Source: an uncultured Gammaproteobacteria bacterium
Lineage (GTDB): Bacteria > Patescibacteriota > Microgenomatia > Levybacterales > GWA1-39-11
DNA length: 64,000 nucleotides
Assembly: GCA_964452165.1 (NCBI GenBank)
Contig: CAYVKP010000002.1
Location: 24,074 to 88,073, forward strand
Direction: 5' to 3'
A program made the position numbers and the translations under genes. The notes under the pieces were generated by a model. The model ran no database searches and had not been told where the DNA came from. It worked only from the letters and a program-made list of their open reading frames with translations. Shown in pieces: positions 17,487 through 26,688 of this stretch. The stretch's first letter is position 1, and the number at the start of each line of letters is the position of its first letter.

Positions 17487-18037
17487 TCTCCGTTAATGAG
17501 CTTCGTGCCGGTACCGCATACGAAGAGGACGGCAATCTCTATAAGGTTCTGGCATTTGAACACATAAAAATGGGTAGGGGCTCTGCCAATATAAAAGTTA
17601 AGGTAAAAAATCTCCGCTCGGGATCAACAACTGAAAAAGGGTACACAAATGGCGCTTTTGTTGATGATATAAACTTGGTGAAACGCGAATTTCAATTTCT
17701 ATACAAAGACGGAGATAGTGCATATTTTATGGATCCGAGAACTTTCGAGCAAAAAGTAGTACCTCTCAAAACCTTATCGGGCATAGAATTCTTGAAGGAA
17801 ACCGAGACTGTATATCTTGAGTTCAGCGGAGATGAGGCGCTTGACCTAATTCTACCACCAAAAATTACCCTGAAGGTTGCGGATACCACTCCGGGAGTGA
17901 AAGGGAATTCCGCCTCAAATGTCTATAAAGACGCAACACTTGAAAACGGCATAACAACTCGCGTACCATTATTTATAAACTTAGGTGATAGTATTGTTGT
18001 TGACACAAGAGATGGCAGCTATACAAAACGCGCTTAG
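17483..18037 (+). CDS. efp: elongation factor P
   Basis: Start chosen at MISVNELRAG (an ATGA overlap with the NIF3 stop). The KOW-like domain I with conserved …HIKMGRGSANIKVKVKNLRSG… follows, then domains II and III. Confidence 0.9.
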   Translation: MISVNELRAGTAYEEDGNLYKVLAFEHIKMGRGSANIKVKVKNLRSGSTTEKGYTNGAFVDDINLVKREFQFLYKDGDSAYFMDPRTFEQKVVPLKTLSGIEFLKETETVYLEFSGDEALDLILPPKITLKVADTTPGVKGNSASNVYKDATLENGITTRVPLFINLGDSIVVDTRDGSYTKRA

Positions 18038-18046
18038 TCCCACCCA

Positions 18047-19369
18047 ATGGAAAGCATCGGAAAGAAAATATCCAGTAATAATATACTGCAGCTTTTAGCG
18101 AATCCCGCATACTTATCTTTTTCTCTTTCGGTTTTCTTTTCTCAGGTAGCGTTTAATATGCTTAATGTTGTCCTGATTTTCTTGGTTTTTTATCTGACTT
18201 CCTCAAATTTTGCCGTAGCAATACTTCTTTTTGCAGTTCTGCTCCCACAAATCGTACTAAGCTTCTTTGGTGGGGTAGTAGCAGATACGGCAAATAGAAA
18301 AAACATTTTAGTTATTGGTAATTTAGCTCGTGCCATAGTCCTTCTAATTCTATTTTTCAACTTCAAAACAGTTTATTTAGTTTATTTTGTAACACTCTTG
18401 ATCTCAGGTATCACGCAATTTTATGTTCCGGCAGAAGCCCCTCTTATTCCGCTTCTTGTTCCAAAAGATAAGCTAGTTGCAGCAAATTCGATCTTTGGGA
18501 TAAGTCTGTTTGGATCAATTTTGATAGGGTATGTTGCGGCAGGACCCGCGATTAGTCTTTTTGGACGGGCAAATACATTGATAGGTCTTTCAATTGTTTT
18601 TCTCCTTGCAACTTTTTTTGCGGTTCTCATACCCCAGAAAAAAATTAAATCCATGACCAAAAACATCGAGACAGCGCAAATTAAAAGATCGGTCATTGAA
18701 GAACTTAGGGAGAGTCTGTCACTTCTTAAGCGAACGGGCGGAGTGGGAGATGCATTTTTCTTATTAATTTTTTCTCAGGTTATAATTTTCATATTGGCGA
18801 CTCTTATTCCAGGGTACGCTAAGAGTATTCTTCAGATTCCGGCAGAGGATTTATCAACAATGATTTTTGCTCCGGCAGCAGTAGGTATGGTAGTTGCAGG
18901 TCTTTTCCTAAGCGGCATATTCGGGGCAGCACCCAAAAAAAAGCTTATGAGCATTGGGGTTTTCATGTCGGGGATTGTTCTTTTTTTGCTCCCGTTTACT
19001 TCAAGAATCATATCGGGGGTAATGCTTAAAACTCTCAATAGTATTCTTCCTCAAGCTCTGAACCTCAATGTTTTCAACTTCGTTTTGTTGCTCGCTTTTT
19101 TTGCCGGATTTGCAAACGCTCTGATTTTTATCCCGAGTCAGGCGATGATTCAGGAGACAGTCCCGGAAGATTTTCGCTCAAAGATATATGGTTTACTTTT
19201 CGCGCTTATCGGACTTTTTTCACTCATTCCAATAATGTTGGCCGGAGCGGTTGCCGACGTCGTTGGTGTGGGTGCGGTACTGCTTTTGCTTGGCACAGGC
19301 ATCATTATAATAGGCGCCGTAAGGGAAAAATTTTTTTCACACATCTTTGCAAATTTAATCAAAAAATAA
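18047..19369 (+). CDS. MFS transporter
   Basis: 440 aa, ~12 TM helices, with a conserved …GGVVADTANRK… loop between TM2 and TM3. Confidence 0.8.
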   Translation: MESIGKKISSNNILQLLANPAYLSFSLSVFFSQVAFNMLNVVLIFLVFYLTSSNFAVAILLFAVLLPQIVLSFFGGVVADTANRKNILVIGNLARAIVLLILFFNFKTVYLVYFVTLLISGITQFYVPAEAPLIPLLVPKDKLVAANSIFGISLFGSILIGYVAAGPAISLFGRANTLIGLSIVFLLATFFAVLIPQKKIKSMTKNIETAQIKRSVIEELRESLSLLKRTGGVGDAFFLLIFSQVIIFILATLIPGYAKSILQIPAEDLSTMIFAPAAVGMVVAGLFLSGIFGAAPKKKLMSIGVFMSGIVLFLLPFTSRIISGVMLKTLNSILPQALNLNVFNFVLLLAFFAGFANALIFIPSQAMIQETVPEDFRSKIYGLLFALIGLFSLIPIMLAGAVADVVGVGAVLLLLGTGIIIIGAVREKFFSHIFANLIKK

Positions 19370-20023
19370 ATGTTGATCCTTATTGCAATTCCGGTAATTT
19401 TTATTTGTTTTTTTCTGCTTTTTGTCTTTTCAAAACACGATTTTGTGTTGCTTCGCCAAAACATATCGCTTGGCCAAATTTTTGATGCAGCGGCCTTAGC
19501 ATTTGTCTCCTCGGTCGTATTCGGTAGGCTATTTTCAATCTTCGACGATTTTAATTTTGCTCTTTTTCATTTGCTTAGATTTTTTCATCTACTGCGTTTT
19601 CCCGGTCTTTCTCCTCTAGGATTTTTCTTGGGAGGAGGGATCTTGCTGTACATTTCTTTTAGGAAGAAGAAGGGGTTGGGTAGGATATACGATATTTTTA
19701 CCTTAAGCTTTATACCTCTGTATGGTCTTTTCGTCGCGTCGGAGTTTATAAAGATTAGCACTTTACTAACCGTAACTTTTCTTGTTTTGTTAGTTTTTCT
19801 TTTCGCTTTTTATATTAGATCGCATAATAAATATGTCTTGCGAGACGGTGGTATTGCCATCTCATTTGTTTTCATTCTTTCCTTCATGACAATTGTCTAC
19901 CAAGCATTCAACACGTCTGATCATATTCTCTTGCTCAACTTCTCCTTTTCTCAGGTATTTAGCGTGCCGCTTGCTCTTCTTGCCTCAACGTTCTTCATAT
20001 TGAATCAAGGTAAATCAAGATGA
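19370..20023 (+). CDS. integral membrane protein, hypothetical (weak Lgt-like features)
   Basis: 217 aa with multiple TM helices. The start abuts the MFS stop. Confidence 0.45.
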   Translation: MLILIAIPVIFICFFLLFVFSKHDFVLLRQNISLGQIFDAAALAFVSSVVFGRLFSIFDDFNFALFHLLRFFHLLRFPGLSPLGFFLGGGILLYISFRKKKGLGRIYDIFTLSFIPLYGLFVASEFIKISTLLTVTFLVLLVFLFAFYIRSHNKYVLRDGGIAISFVFILSFMTIVYQAFNTSDHILLLNFSFSQVFSVPLALLASTFFILNQGKSR

Positions 20024-20742
20024 TGGAAATAAAAATTATATTTGAGGATGATAGTCTTGCAGTTATAGATAAGCCGGCCGGCCTTATTGTGAATAGGGCA
20101 GATACTACTCGAGGCGTTTCTACTATCCAAGAATGGGCAGAGGAAAAGTTTGGGATTCCAAATTCAGACAATTCAGAGTTTAATAATAGAGGCGGAATAG
20201 TCCACAGACTTGATAAGGAGACATCGGGGATTTTGATAATTGCAAAAAATGAGGATTCTTTTGTAAATCTCCAAAGCCAATTCAAGCAGAGGAGTGTCAA
20301 GAAGGTTTACGTTGCGCTTTGCCATGGTCGTATAGAATCGGATGGGGAGGTTGACGTTCCCATTGGTAGACTCCCTTGGAACAGAACAAAATTCGGTTTT
20401 TTACCTGAAGGCAGAGAAGCAAAGACCTTATACAAAGTTCTTGAACATAAAAAATATAAGAATGGAAAAAAAGAGGAAGATCTAACATTGATTGAGCTTT
20501 ATCCGCAAACGGGTAGAACACATCAGATAAGGGTACACATGCGTCACATGGGTTATCCAATATTTTCAGACGAGCTTTATGCTGGAAGAAAGGCGGCAAG
20601 AGCCGACCGAAAACTTCTCCCAAGACACTTTCTTCATGCAAGTAAAATTACATTTAGTCATCCAAAAACAAACGAGACGATGACCTTGGAGTCGGTCCTC
20701 CCCGCGGATTTAGCCAACTTTCTTTCGTCGTTGGACCAGTAG
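20020..20742 (+). CDS. RluA-family pseudouridine synthase
   Basis: …VIDKPAGLIV… and the catalytic …HRLDKETSGILIIAKN… motif. Confidence 0.85.
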   Translation: MMEIKIIFEDDSLAVIDKPAGLIVNRADTTRGVSTIQEWAEEKFGIPNSDNSEFNNRGGIVHRLDKETSGILIIAKNEDSFVNLQSQFKQRSVKKVYVALCHGRIESDGEVDVPIGRLPWNRTKFGFLPEGREAKTLYKVLEHKKYKNGKKEEDLTLIELYPQTGRTHQIRVHMRHMGYPIFSDELYAGRKAARADRKLLPRHFLHASKITFSHPKTNETMTLESVLPADLANFLSSLDQ

Positions 20743-20752
20743 TCAAATATTC

Positions 20753-22492
20753 TTGATTTTCACGGCGAACTTACCTAAACTGAATATAGTGCAAAGCAGT
20801 TTTCTATCAGAAATAATTCTTGTTATAGCAGCAGCTTTTATAGGAGGTTTTGCTGCAAGAAGTCTACGCCTTCCACCAGTCCTGGGATACATAGTTAGCG
20901 GAGTGGTATTTGGTATTGTTGGCCACAAATTTTTTGAATCTTACGATACTATTGTTTCTCTTTCTCAGTTTGGTGTGTCATTACTCCTTTTTACCCTTGG
21001 GTTTGAAATTTCGTTTGACGTTCTCAAGAAAATAAACAAAAGAGTTTTTATTGTGGGAATTTTGTCAGTTGCTCTTGTTGCAGCGGCACTTCTCCCTCTT
21101 CTTTTCCTGTTTGGAATCGGTTTTAAACTCGCAATTATTCTGTCAGTCCTGTTTTCCTTCTCCTCAACAGCAGTCATAGTTAAGATCCTTGAAGAGAAGG
21201 GTATGCTTAATGATTTTCCGGGTAATAACGTTTTTATATATCTTCTAATTCAGGATTTTTTCATAGTTCCCGTAATCTTTTTTTTACCATTCCTTTTCAC
21301 AAAAAATAGTTTTGACATAAGTACTGTAACAAGTTTTTTAGTTGCCGCGGGAAAGCCACTTATAATTTTTGCCGCTGTATTTTTTGCAAGCCGCCTGTTT
21401 CTCTCGAGAATAATAAACTTTTTGTTTCGCTACCCCTCGCATGAACTCACAATTCTTGCCTCTATTTTTACCGCGACGCTATCTATACTTCTCCTGACAG
21501 CGGTCGGACTACCTGAGACTATTGCTGCGTTTCTAGCAGGAATTTTGATATCAGAGCAAGGGAAAAATCTTACGCCGCTTTCTGAGATTAGGCCGTTCAG
21601 GGATCTTTTCTTGGTTCTATTCTTCGTCGTTACAGGAATGCTTCTCAACTTTAATTTTTTTATAAGCAATCTGCCATTTATAGTCGGATTAACTGCCTCA
21701 ATATTAATAGTGAAGTTTGCCGTCTTGTACGTAATATTAAGAGTAAGCCATCATTCTCCATCGTCAAGCGTTTTCATTTCATCACATTTATCAAATATCG
21801 GTGAGTTCTCAATAGTTATCGGTCAGATCGCGCTTCTTTCATTCTTCATTTCTCAGAAGGAATACGACATGGTTCTCTCAATTTTTATCCTGAGTCTTAT
21901 GCTTGTCCCGCTCTGGCTTCGTTATTCAATAGTAGTGATGGAGAAAATTGCCAGGTTAGGATTTCTAAAAGCGATTATGCGGGAAGAGAATCAAACTTTA
22001 CCAAAAGCGGTTACCAAGCAGGTTGACCGCCATGTTGTTATTTGTGGACATGGGAGAGTAGGGCGAGAAACTAGAGCAATGCTCGAGCTAGCAGGCATTG
22101 ATTACGTTGTGGTCGATTTCAATAAAAAAGTGATCAATGAGCTTTTGGCCCAAAGCAAATATGCAATTTACGGAGACCCAACCGACACGGATATTCTAAA
22201 GGCTGCGTTTATAGATAGTGCTCGTGTGCTGGTAATTGCAGTGCCGGATACATTTTCTCAGAAAAAAATAATCAATCTTTCGTTAAAACTTAATCCAAAA
22301 CTTACGGTAATTTGCAGGTCTCACATTGAAGAGGATAAGTATGATCTTGTAAACCTGGGTGTTAACAGAATTGTAATGCCTGAGACCGAAGCCGGTTTTA
22401 GAATAGGCGCAGAGGTACTCGAGCTTTTTAATGTAGACGATGAGGAGGCAGAATCGTACATTAAAAGACTACGCCGTCAGCATCTGCTTTAA
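20753..22492 (+). CDS. monovalent cation:proton antiporter (CPA2/KefB-like) with a C-terminal RCK/TrkA-N domain
   Basis: 579 aa. ~12 TM helices followed by the Rossmann motif VVICGHGRVGRE. Confidence 0.85.
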   Translation: MIFTANLPKLNIVQSSFLSEIILVIAAAFIGGFAARSLRLPPVLGYIVSGVVFGIVGHKFFESYDTIVSLSQFGVSLLLFTLGFEISFDVLKKINKRVFIVGILSVALVAAALLPLLFLFGIGFKLAIILSVLFSFSSTAVIVKILEEKGMLNDFPGNNVFIYLLIQDFFIVPVIFFLPFLFTKNSFDISTVTSFLVAAGKPLIIFAAVFFASRLFLSRIINFLFRYPSHELTILASIFTATLSILLLTAVGLPETIAAFLAGILISEQGKNLTPLSEIRPFRDLFLVLFFVVTGMLLNFNFFISNLPFIVGLTASILIVKFAVLYVILRVSHHSPSSSVFISSHLSNIGEFSIVIGQIALLSFFISQKEYDMVLSIFILSLMLVPLWLRYSIVVMEKIARLGFLKAIMREENQTLPKAVTKQVDRHVVICGHGRVGRETRAMLELAGIDYVVVDFNKKVINELLAQSKYAIYGDPTDTDILKAAFIDSARVLVIAVPDTFSQKKIINLSLKLNPKLTVICRSHIEEDKYDLVNLGVNRIVMPETEAGFRIGAEVLELFNVDDEEAESYIKRLRRQHLL

Positions 22493-22494
22493 TT

Positions 22495-23298
22495 ATGCGC
22501 GAAAACTCTCAGAACTTAAGCTATATCAAGGTTTTTTTAATTGTCGTAGCGATTGCTGCAATAGTGTCGCTTTCATATCGCACTTTTTTGATGTTCAAGA
22601 ATAGTTCATTTAAGTACGACACGTTTAACCTACTCGTAATTTCAGATCACGCTTATCTTGCTCACATTGATAGAAGTGAGGAAAAAGTTGTCGTACTCAA
22701 ATTTATGTCGTTGCCCTCCAATTTTCCAAAGCAAAATAAAATTTCTCAGAGTTTAACAATAGGCGCTCCGGTAGATGGAGTTATTTCCGTTGGAAAGAAC
22801 TCAGGCCTGGACTTGGACGCAAACTTCATGAATAGAGCAATGACAACTCGTTTGTTGACGAATATTGCAAGGTATAGGCTTGAAGGCGTGAATGATCTTG
22901 ACATAGTTAAGATTTTCTTGGTGGTAAATCACGCGCAGAGCGGTAGTAGAAAGGCATTAATAGTAGATAAACCCTCAGATACAGCGCTTGAGAGATACGA
23001 CCTCTCAGATAAGCAGATTTTTAACCAAAAAATCAGTATCCAAGTAACTAACTCGACTGAAATTGACGGGTTGGGCTCTAAGGTTTCCACAATGTTGAAA
23101 AATGCCGGATACAATGTGGTATCAACAAACAACGGAACAGATAAAGTATCAATCATAAAGTCTGGTGATCTCAATGGGGAGTCCGTAAGGCGATTGAAAG
23201 AGATTTTTAATACTGCTGTAACGCCGGCAAATAACAATTCAATTGCAGATGTCGTGGTAGTTTTGGGTAAAGATTTTGCAGGTAAGATTGATTACTGA
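22495..23298 (+). CDS. LytR_C-domain membrane protein
   Basis: N-terminal TM and a C-terminal region (ISIQVTNSTEIDGLGSKVSTMLKNAGYNVVSTNNG…) matching the LytR C-terminal domain. Confidence 0.6.
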   Translation: MRENSQNLSYIKVFLIVVAIAAIVSLSYRTFLMFKNSSFKYDTFNLLVISDHAYLAHIDRSEEKVVVLKFMSLPSNFPKQNKISQSLTIGAPVDGVISVGKNSGLDLDANFMNRAMTTRLLTNIARYRLEGVNDLDIVKIFLVVNHAQSGSRKALIVDKPSDTALERYDLSDKQIFNQKISIQVTNSTEIDGLGSKVSTMLKNAGYNVVSTNNGTDKVSIIKSGDLNGESVRRLKEIFNTAVTPANNNSIADVVVVLGKDFAGKIDY

Positions 23299-23322
23299 CA
23301 CGTTTTGATCTATATTTAGAAT

Positions 23323-23466
23323 ATGTTTTGGATTTATGTCGGAGTAATATTTGTTATTTCACTTCTTTGGGCGATAGTATCAACAAGAAAAGAATTATCA
23401 AGACCTAAAGAAGTGAAAAGGGCACAAAAAATTCTCGCAAGAGAGAAAATATTGTTTAAAAGATGA
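23323..23466 (+). CDS. possible small membrane protein (47 aa)
   Basis: MFWIYVGVIFVISLLWAIVSTRKELSRPKEV... A single TM. Below the ORF-track cut-off. Confidence 0.3.
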   Translation: MFWIYVGVIFVISLLWAIVSTRKELSRPKEVKRAQKILAREKILFKR

Positions 23467-23467
23467 T

Positions 23468-24151
23468 CTATTTTTCCCCAAGAGCAACTGTTGCAAAAGA
23501 AGGACTTTGCACAAACGAGGGTTGATTCTTAAATCTCGCAACTTTTTTAGTTTCCTTGACAAAAACCGTAACAGAATTGTCACCGACTGCCTTTACGCAA
23601 GCAGAGTATTCGTTGCCCCCGTTTATGAAAGTTATCATTCTCATTCCTACATTGTCGGGTAGAACGCCAAGATAAGTTTTATCTCCCATCTGAACAAAAA
23701 TCTTAGATCTCTTAACAAGAAGTCCAACCGTGTCACCGGGTTGGATTAGAGATAGGGTTCTCCTGTCGGCCACATTTTTAAGCTCAATCGTTTTGGTTTT
23801 GCCTGCCTCCTCAATAAAAACGCCCTGTAGATTTACTCCGACCTGAGAGTAAGCTGGGACACCTGATTGTTTTGAAATTGTCTCAAGTCTTCTGGCGTTT
23901 TTTAGTGCAATAGGATTCGTTTTATCAATTTTAATTACTTTTTGGTAAAACTCCTTTGCTTTCCTAAATTTACCAAGCTTTATTAGAGAATAGGCAATAC
24001 GATTTAATGTATCTACGTTATCCGGGTCTTCATCTAGCAGTTTTTTGTTTTCTTTGTAGGCTTCTTCCCATTTGTTTTCTAGAGCAAACTTTACAGCGGC
24101 GTCACGTGAGGGAGGGTTATTGGTCATTTTTATGCTCTTAGAATCCAACAA
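23468..24151 (-). CDS. TPR-repeat protein with a beta-rich C-terminal domain
   Basis: 227 aa. The N-terminal half carries TPR-like helices (…LNRIAYSLIKLGKFRKAKEFYQKVIKIDKTNPIALKN…). An alternative start is MTNNPP at 24127. Confidence 0.6.
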   Translation of the reverse strand: MLDSKSIKMTNNPPSRDAAVKFALENKWEEAYKENKKLLDEDPDNVDTLNRIAYSLIKLGKFRKAKEFYQKVIKIDKTNPIALKNARRLETISKQSGVPAYSQVGVNLQGVFIEEAGKTKTIELKNVADRRTLSLIQPGDTVGLLVKRSKIFVQMGDKTYLGVLPDNVGMRMITFINGGNEYSACVKAVGDNSVTVFVKETKKVARFKNQPSFVQSPSFATVALGEK

Positions 24152-24205
24152 TATTATCCGAAATAACTAGAAATGTCAAGGCTTCCTAATGTATAATATG
24201 AGCTT

Positions 24206-24925
24206 ATGAGCGGGCACAGTAAGTGGGCAACAATTAAAAGGCAAAAGGGCGCAGCCGATGCAAAACGAGGCCAACTTTTTACCAAACTCTCTAACGCAAT
24301 AACCCTTGCAGTGAAAGCGGGTGGGGGAGTAGCAGATCCCGATAGCAATTTTAGATTGAGGCTTACAGTTGATAAGGCACGAGCGGCAAACATGCCTAAG
24401 GAAAATATTGAAAGAGCAATAGATCGAGCATCGGGATCAACTGCTGCTCAAGTAGAGGAGCTGCTCTATGAAGGATTTGCGCCGGGAGGCGTTGCTGTGA
24501 TTGTTGAGGCAGTAACAGATAATAAGCAAAGAACATTTTCCACCCTGAAGAACATTTTTGATAAAGGCGGAGGGACTATTGGTAGCTCGGGCTCAGTATC
24601 CTATTTGTTTAAAAGGCGAGGAGAAATAGCTGTAGCTAAAAACGGAGTCACTTCAGATGAGTTACTTGGTAAAGGAATCGATGCGGGAGTAGAGGACATG
24701 GAAGAAGTTGAGGACGGTGTCTTATTTTACTCGGATCCACAACTTCTTCAACAAATAAAAAAAGCCCTTGAGTCTCAAGGAATAATCATTGAGAGCGCTC
24801 AACTAACATACATTCCAACAAGCTTTATTTCTGCTGACGAATCTTCCAAAAGCAAAGTAGAGGAGCTTATAGATAATCTTCAAGAGATAGATGATGTTCA
24901 AGAAGTTTATACAAACCTTGAATAG
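24206..24925 (+). CDS. yebC: YebC/PmpR-family transcriptional regulator
   Basis: MSGHSKWATIKRQKGAADAKRGQLFTKL..., the hallmark N-terminus of the family. Confidence 0.9.
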   Translation: MSGHSKWATIKRQKGAADAKRGQLFTKLSNAITLAVKAGGGVADPDSNFRLRLTVDKARAANMPKENIERAIDRASGSTAAQVEELLYEGFAPGGVAVIVEAVTDNKQRTFSTLKNIFDKGGGTIGSSGSVSYLFKRRGEIAVAKNGVTSDELLGKGIDAGVEDMEEVEDGVLFYSDPQLLQQIKKALESQGIIIESAQLTYIPTSFISADESSKSKVEELIDNLQEIDDVQEVYTNLE

Positions 24926-24931
24926 TAAGCA

Positions 24932-25729
24932 ATGAAGAAACTTCTAAGGTTTTTCTCACTTTCCAAGAGACAAAAGTTTGTTATCTCTGTTTTAATTCTT
25001 TCAGCCGGACTTTTCCTCACGGAATTTTTAGGGGGATTCACTCTAATCATATCCGCGTTCGCATTGAGCTTGTTCACTGTAGCTTTTCTTTATCTGTCGC
25101 TGCGGGATGATATAAAGGGTACATTTTATTATCCGATCCTTATTCTTCCCTTTGTATTTACGTTGTCTTTCGTGTTGTTTTATCCACTTATTCCTGCGCG
25201 TTTCATAACAAGGACAATACTTACATTATTTTATGCTTTCGGCTCTTACTCACTTTTTCTAACTCAAAACATTTTTGCAGTTTCCGCCATTAGGACGATA
25301 AATCTCATGAGGTCGGCGCGGATCGTGTCTTTTGTCTTAACGATACTGACCTTATTTTTGCTGACGAGTGTAATTTTTTCATTGAGATTGCCGATATTCT
25401 TATCGCCATTTTTAGTATTTGTTATAATTTTTCTTCTCAACTTCCAATCTCTATGGACATACAGTTTGAACCGTGACTTTGTTCCTGAGGGTTTGTTCTT
25501 GTCGCTTTTTACCTCGATCTGTTTGACCGAACTATCCATTGTCCTCAATCTGTGGCCGATAAATGGTTCCATCTATTCGATATTCTTAACAGGCGTGTTT
25601 TATGCCTATTCAGGCTTGAGTCACGCATGGGTAGAGAAGAGGCTCTTTAAAGGAGTCCTGTGGGAATACATTTGGGTAGGATTTATGGCAGTCTTGATCC
25701 TCGTATTTTTTTCAAAGTGGGGAATTTAA
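24932..25729 (+). CDS. polytopic membrane protein, hypothetical
   Basis: 265 aa with ~8 hydrophobic helices. No family recognised. Confidence 0.6.
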   Translation: MKKLLRFFSLSKRQKFVISVLILSAGLFLTEFLGGFTLIISAFALSLFTVAFLYLSLRDDIKGTFYYPILILPFVFTLSFVLFYPLIPARFITRTILTLFYAFGSYSLFLTQNIFAVSAIRTINLMRSARIVSFVLTILTLFLLTSVIFSLRLPIFLSPFLVFVIIFLLNFQSLWTYSLNRDFVPEGLFLSLFTSICLTELSIVLNLWPINGSIYSIFLTGVFYAYSGLSHAWVEKRLFKGVLWEYIWVGFMAVLILVFFSKWGI

Positions 25730-25769
25730 AAACCAACAAATTTTAATCATCACCAAAAAGTAGAGGAGT

Positions 25770-26090
25770 GGAGGCTAAAAATTATAGTTTGGGTCGATTT
25801 ATCAAGCTAAATCAATGATAGAGTTTGATATAGTTAATGTCCTATAATAAAATTACAATGTGGATATCTCTGGGATCAAGCCGTAATGTTTACTTTTCAC
25901 CGGCCTTAATTTAGCCTCGATTATACACCATGAGAGCAGTAGAGACTTTTCACGACTCTGCTCGAGTAGAAAATCTCATGCGTAAATCGTGCGTATTTAG
26001 CCTCGAAAATAGGAAAAAAACGAAAAAAATACGAAACTACTTCTCTCATGTGGTCTCCCACTAGGAATAAATACACTAAATTACAAATTT
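25770..26090. repeat. dispersed 9-12-bp motif GAGGCTAAA(AAT) in four copies within the ORF-free spacer
   Basis: Forward copies at 25770-25778 and 26082-26090. Reverse copies (TTTAGCCTC) at 25910-25918 and 25996-26004. The last three are spaced exactly 86 bp apart. An imperfect hairpin lies at 25934-25963. Confidence 0.4.
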
Positions 26091-26388
26091 TGAGGCTAAA
26101 AATAGCAATTTAGATTGATTTAATAAGTTAAACTACATATCCTCCGAGAGTAGGCGCTAAGCGTTCTTACAATTTATTTGCCAATTTGGGTGATGGATAC
26201 TCGCCGGTAGTGGTGACAATTGTTTAGTAAAATTTGTCCTAATAAGGGGTCAATGTACTCTTGCGGAAAGAGAACGTAATTAGCACTTATAGGGATACTT
26301 CTATTCCTTTAGGGCATTAGCATGTTTATAAAGAGTCTAAAAGAGACCCGGAGGACCGGTAGAGAACATATATAGCTTATGTCGTACA

Positions 26389-26416
26389 ATAATACTTTTA
26401 CGACATGGACGAGTGA
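26389..26416. repeat. perfect 8-bp-stem hairpin (ATGTCGTA - 12-nt loop - TACGACAT)
   Basis: Exact complementarity seen in the sequence. No U-tract follows, so it is not a canonical terminator. Confidence 0.35.
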
Positions 26417-26464
26417 CCTGAGAGTGTGCCTGGTTAGCCATCAATCATCATCGATTCTTCATTT

Positions 26465-26484
26465 TAATCAATAATTATTGATTA
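26465..26484. promoter_or_regulatory. perfect 20-bp palindrome TAATCAATAATTATTGATTA (candidate operator or protein-binding site)
   Basis: Exact dyad symmetry within the ORF-free spacer. Confidence 0.35.
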
Positions 26485-26688
26485 CTCTTTCTTGGATAAA
26501 TTAGTAGCAATTCTCTGTCTGTCATGTAAGCTTTATTTCTCCACTACTCTACTATAGGACGTAAATATTTTTTTCGTATTTTATTTTTTTTGATATTTTA
26601 TTTTTGTCTGAAAGTTTGTCGCTTGCTATAGACGATAAGATACTGGTTGTCTGTAGGAACAGGGCCTAGAAATCGATCCTCGCGGGGC

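Noticed and set aside
25730-26688. Possibility that the ORF-free spacer is oriC
   Set aside because: Only one near-consensus DnaA box (TGTGGATAT) is present, and no dnaA or dnaN is adjacent. That is insufficient evidence.
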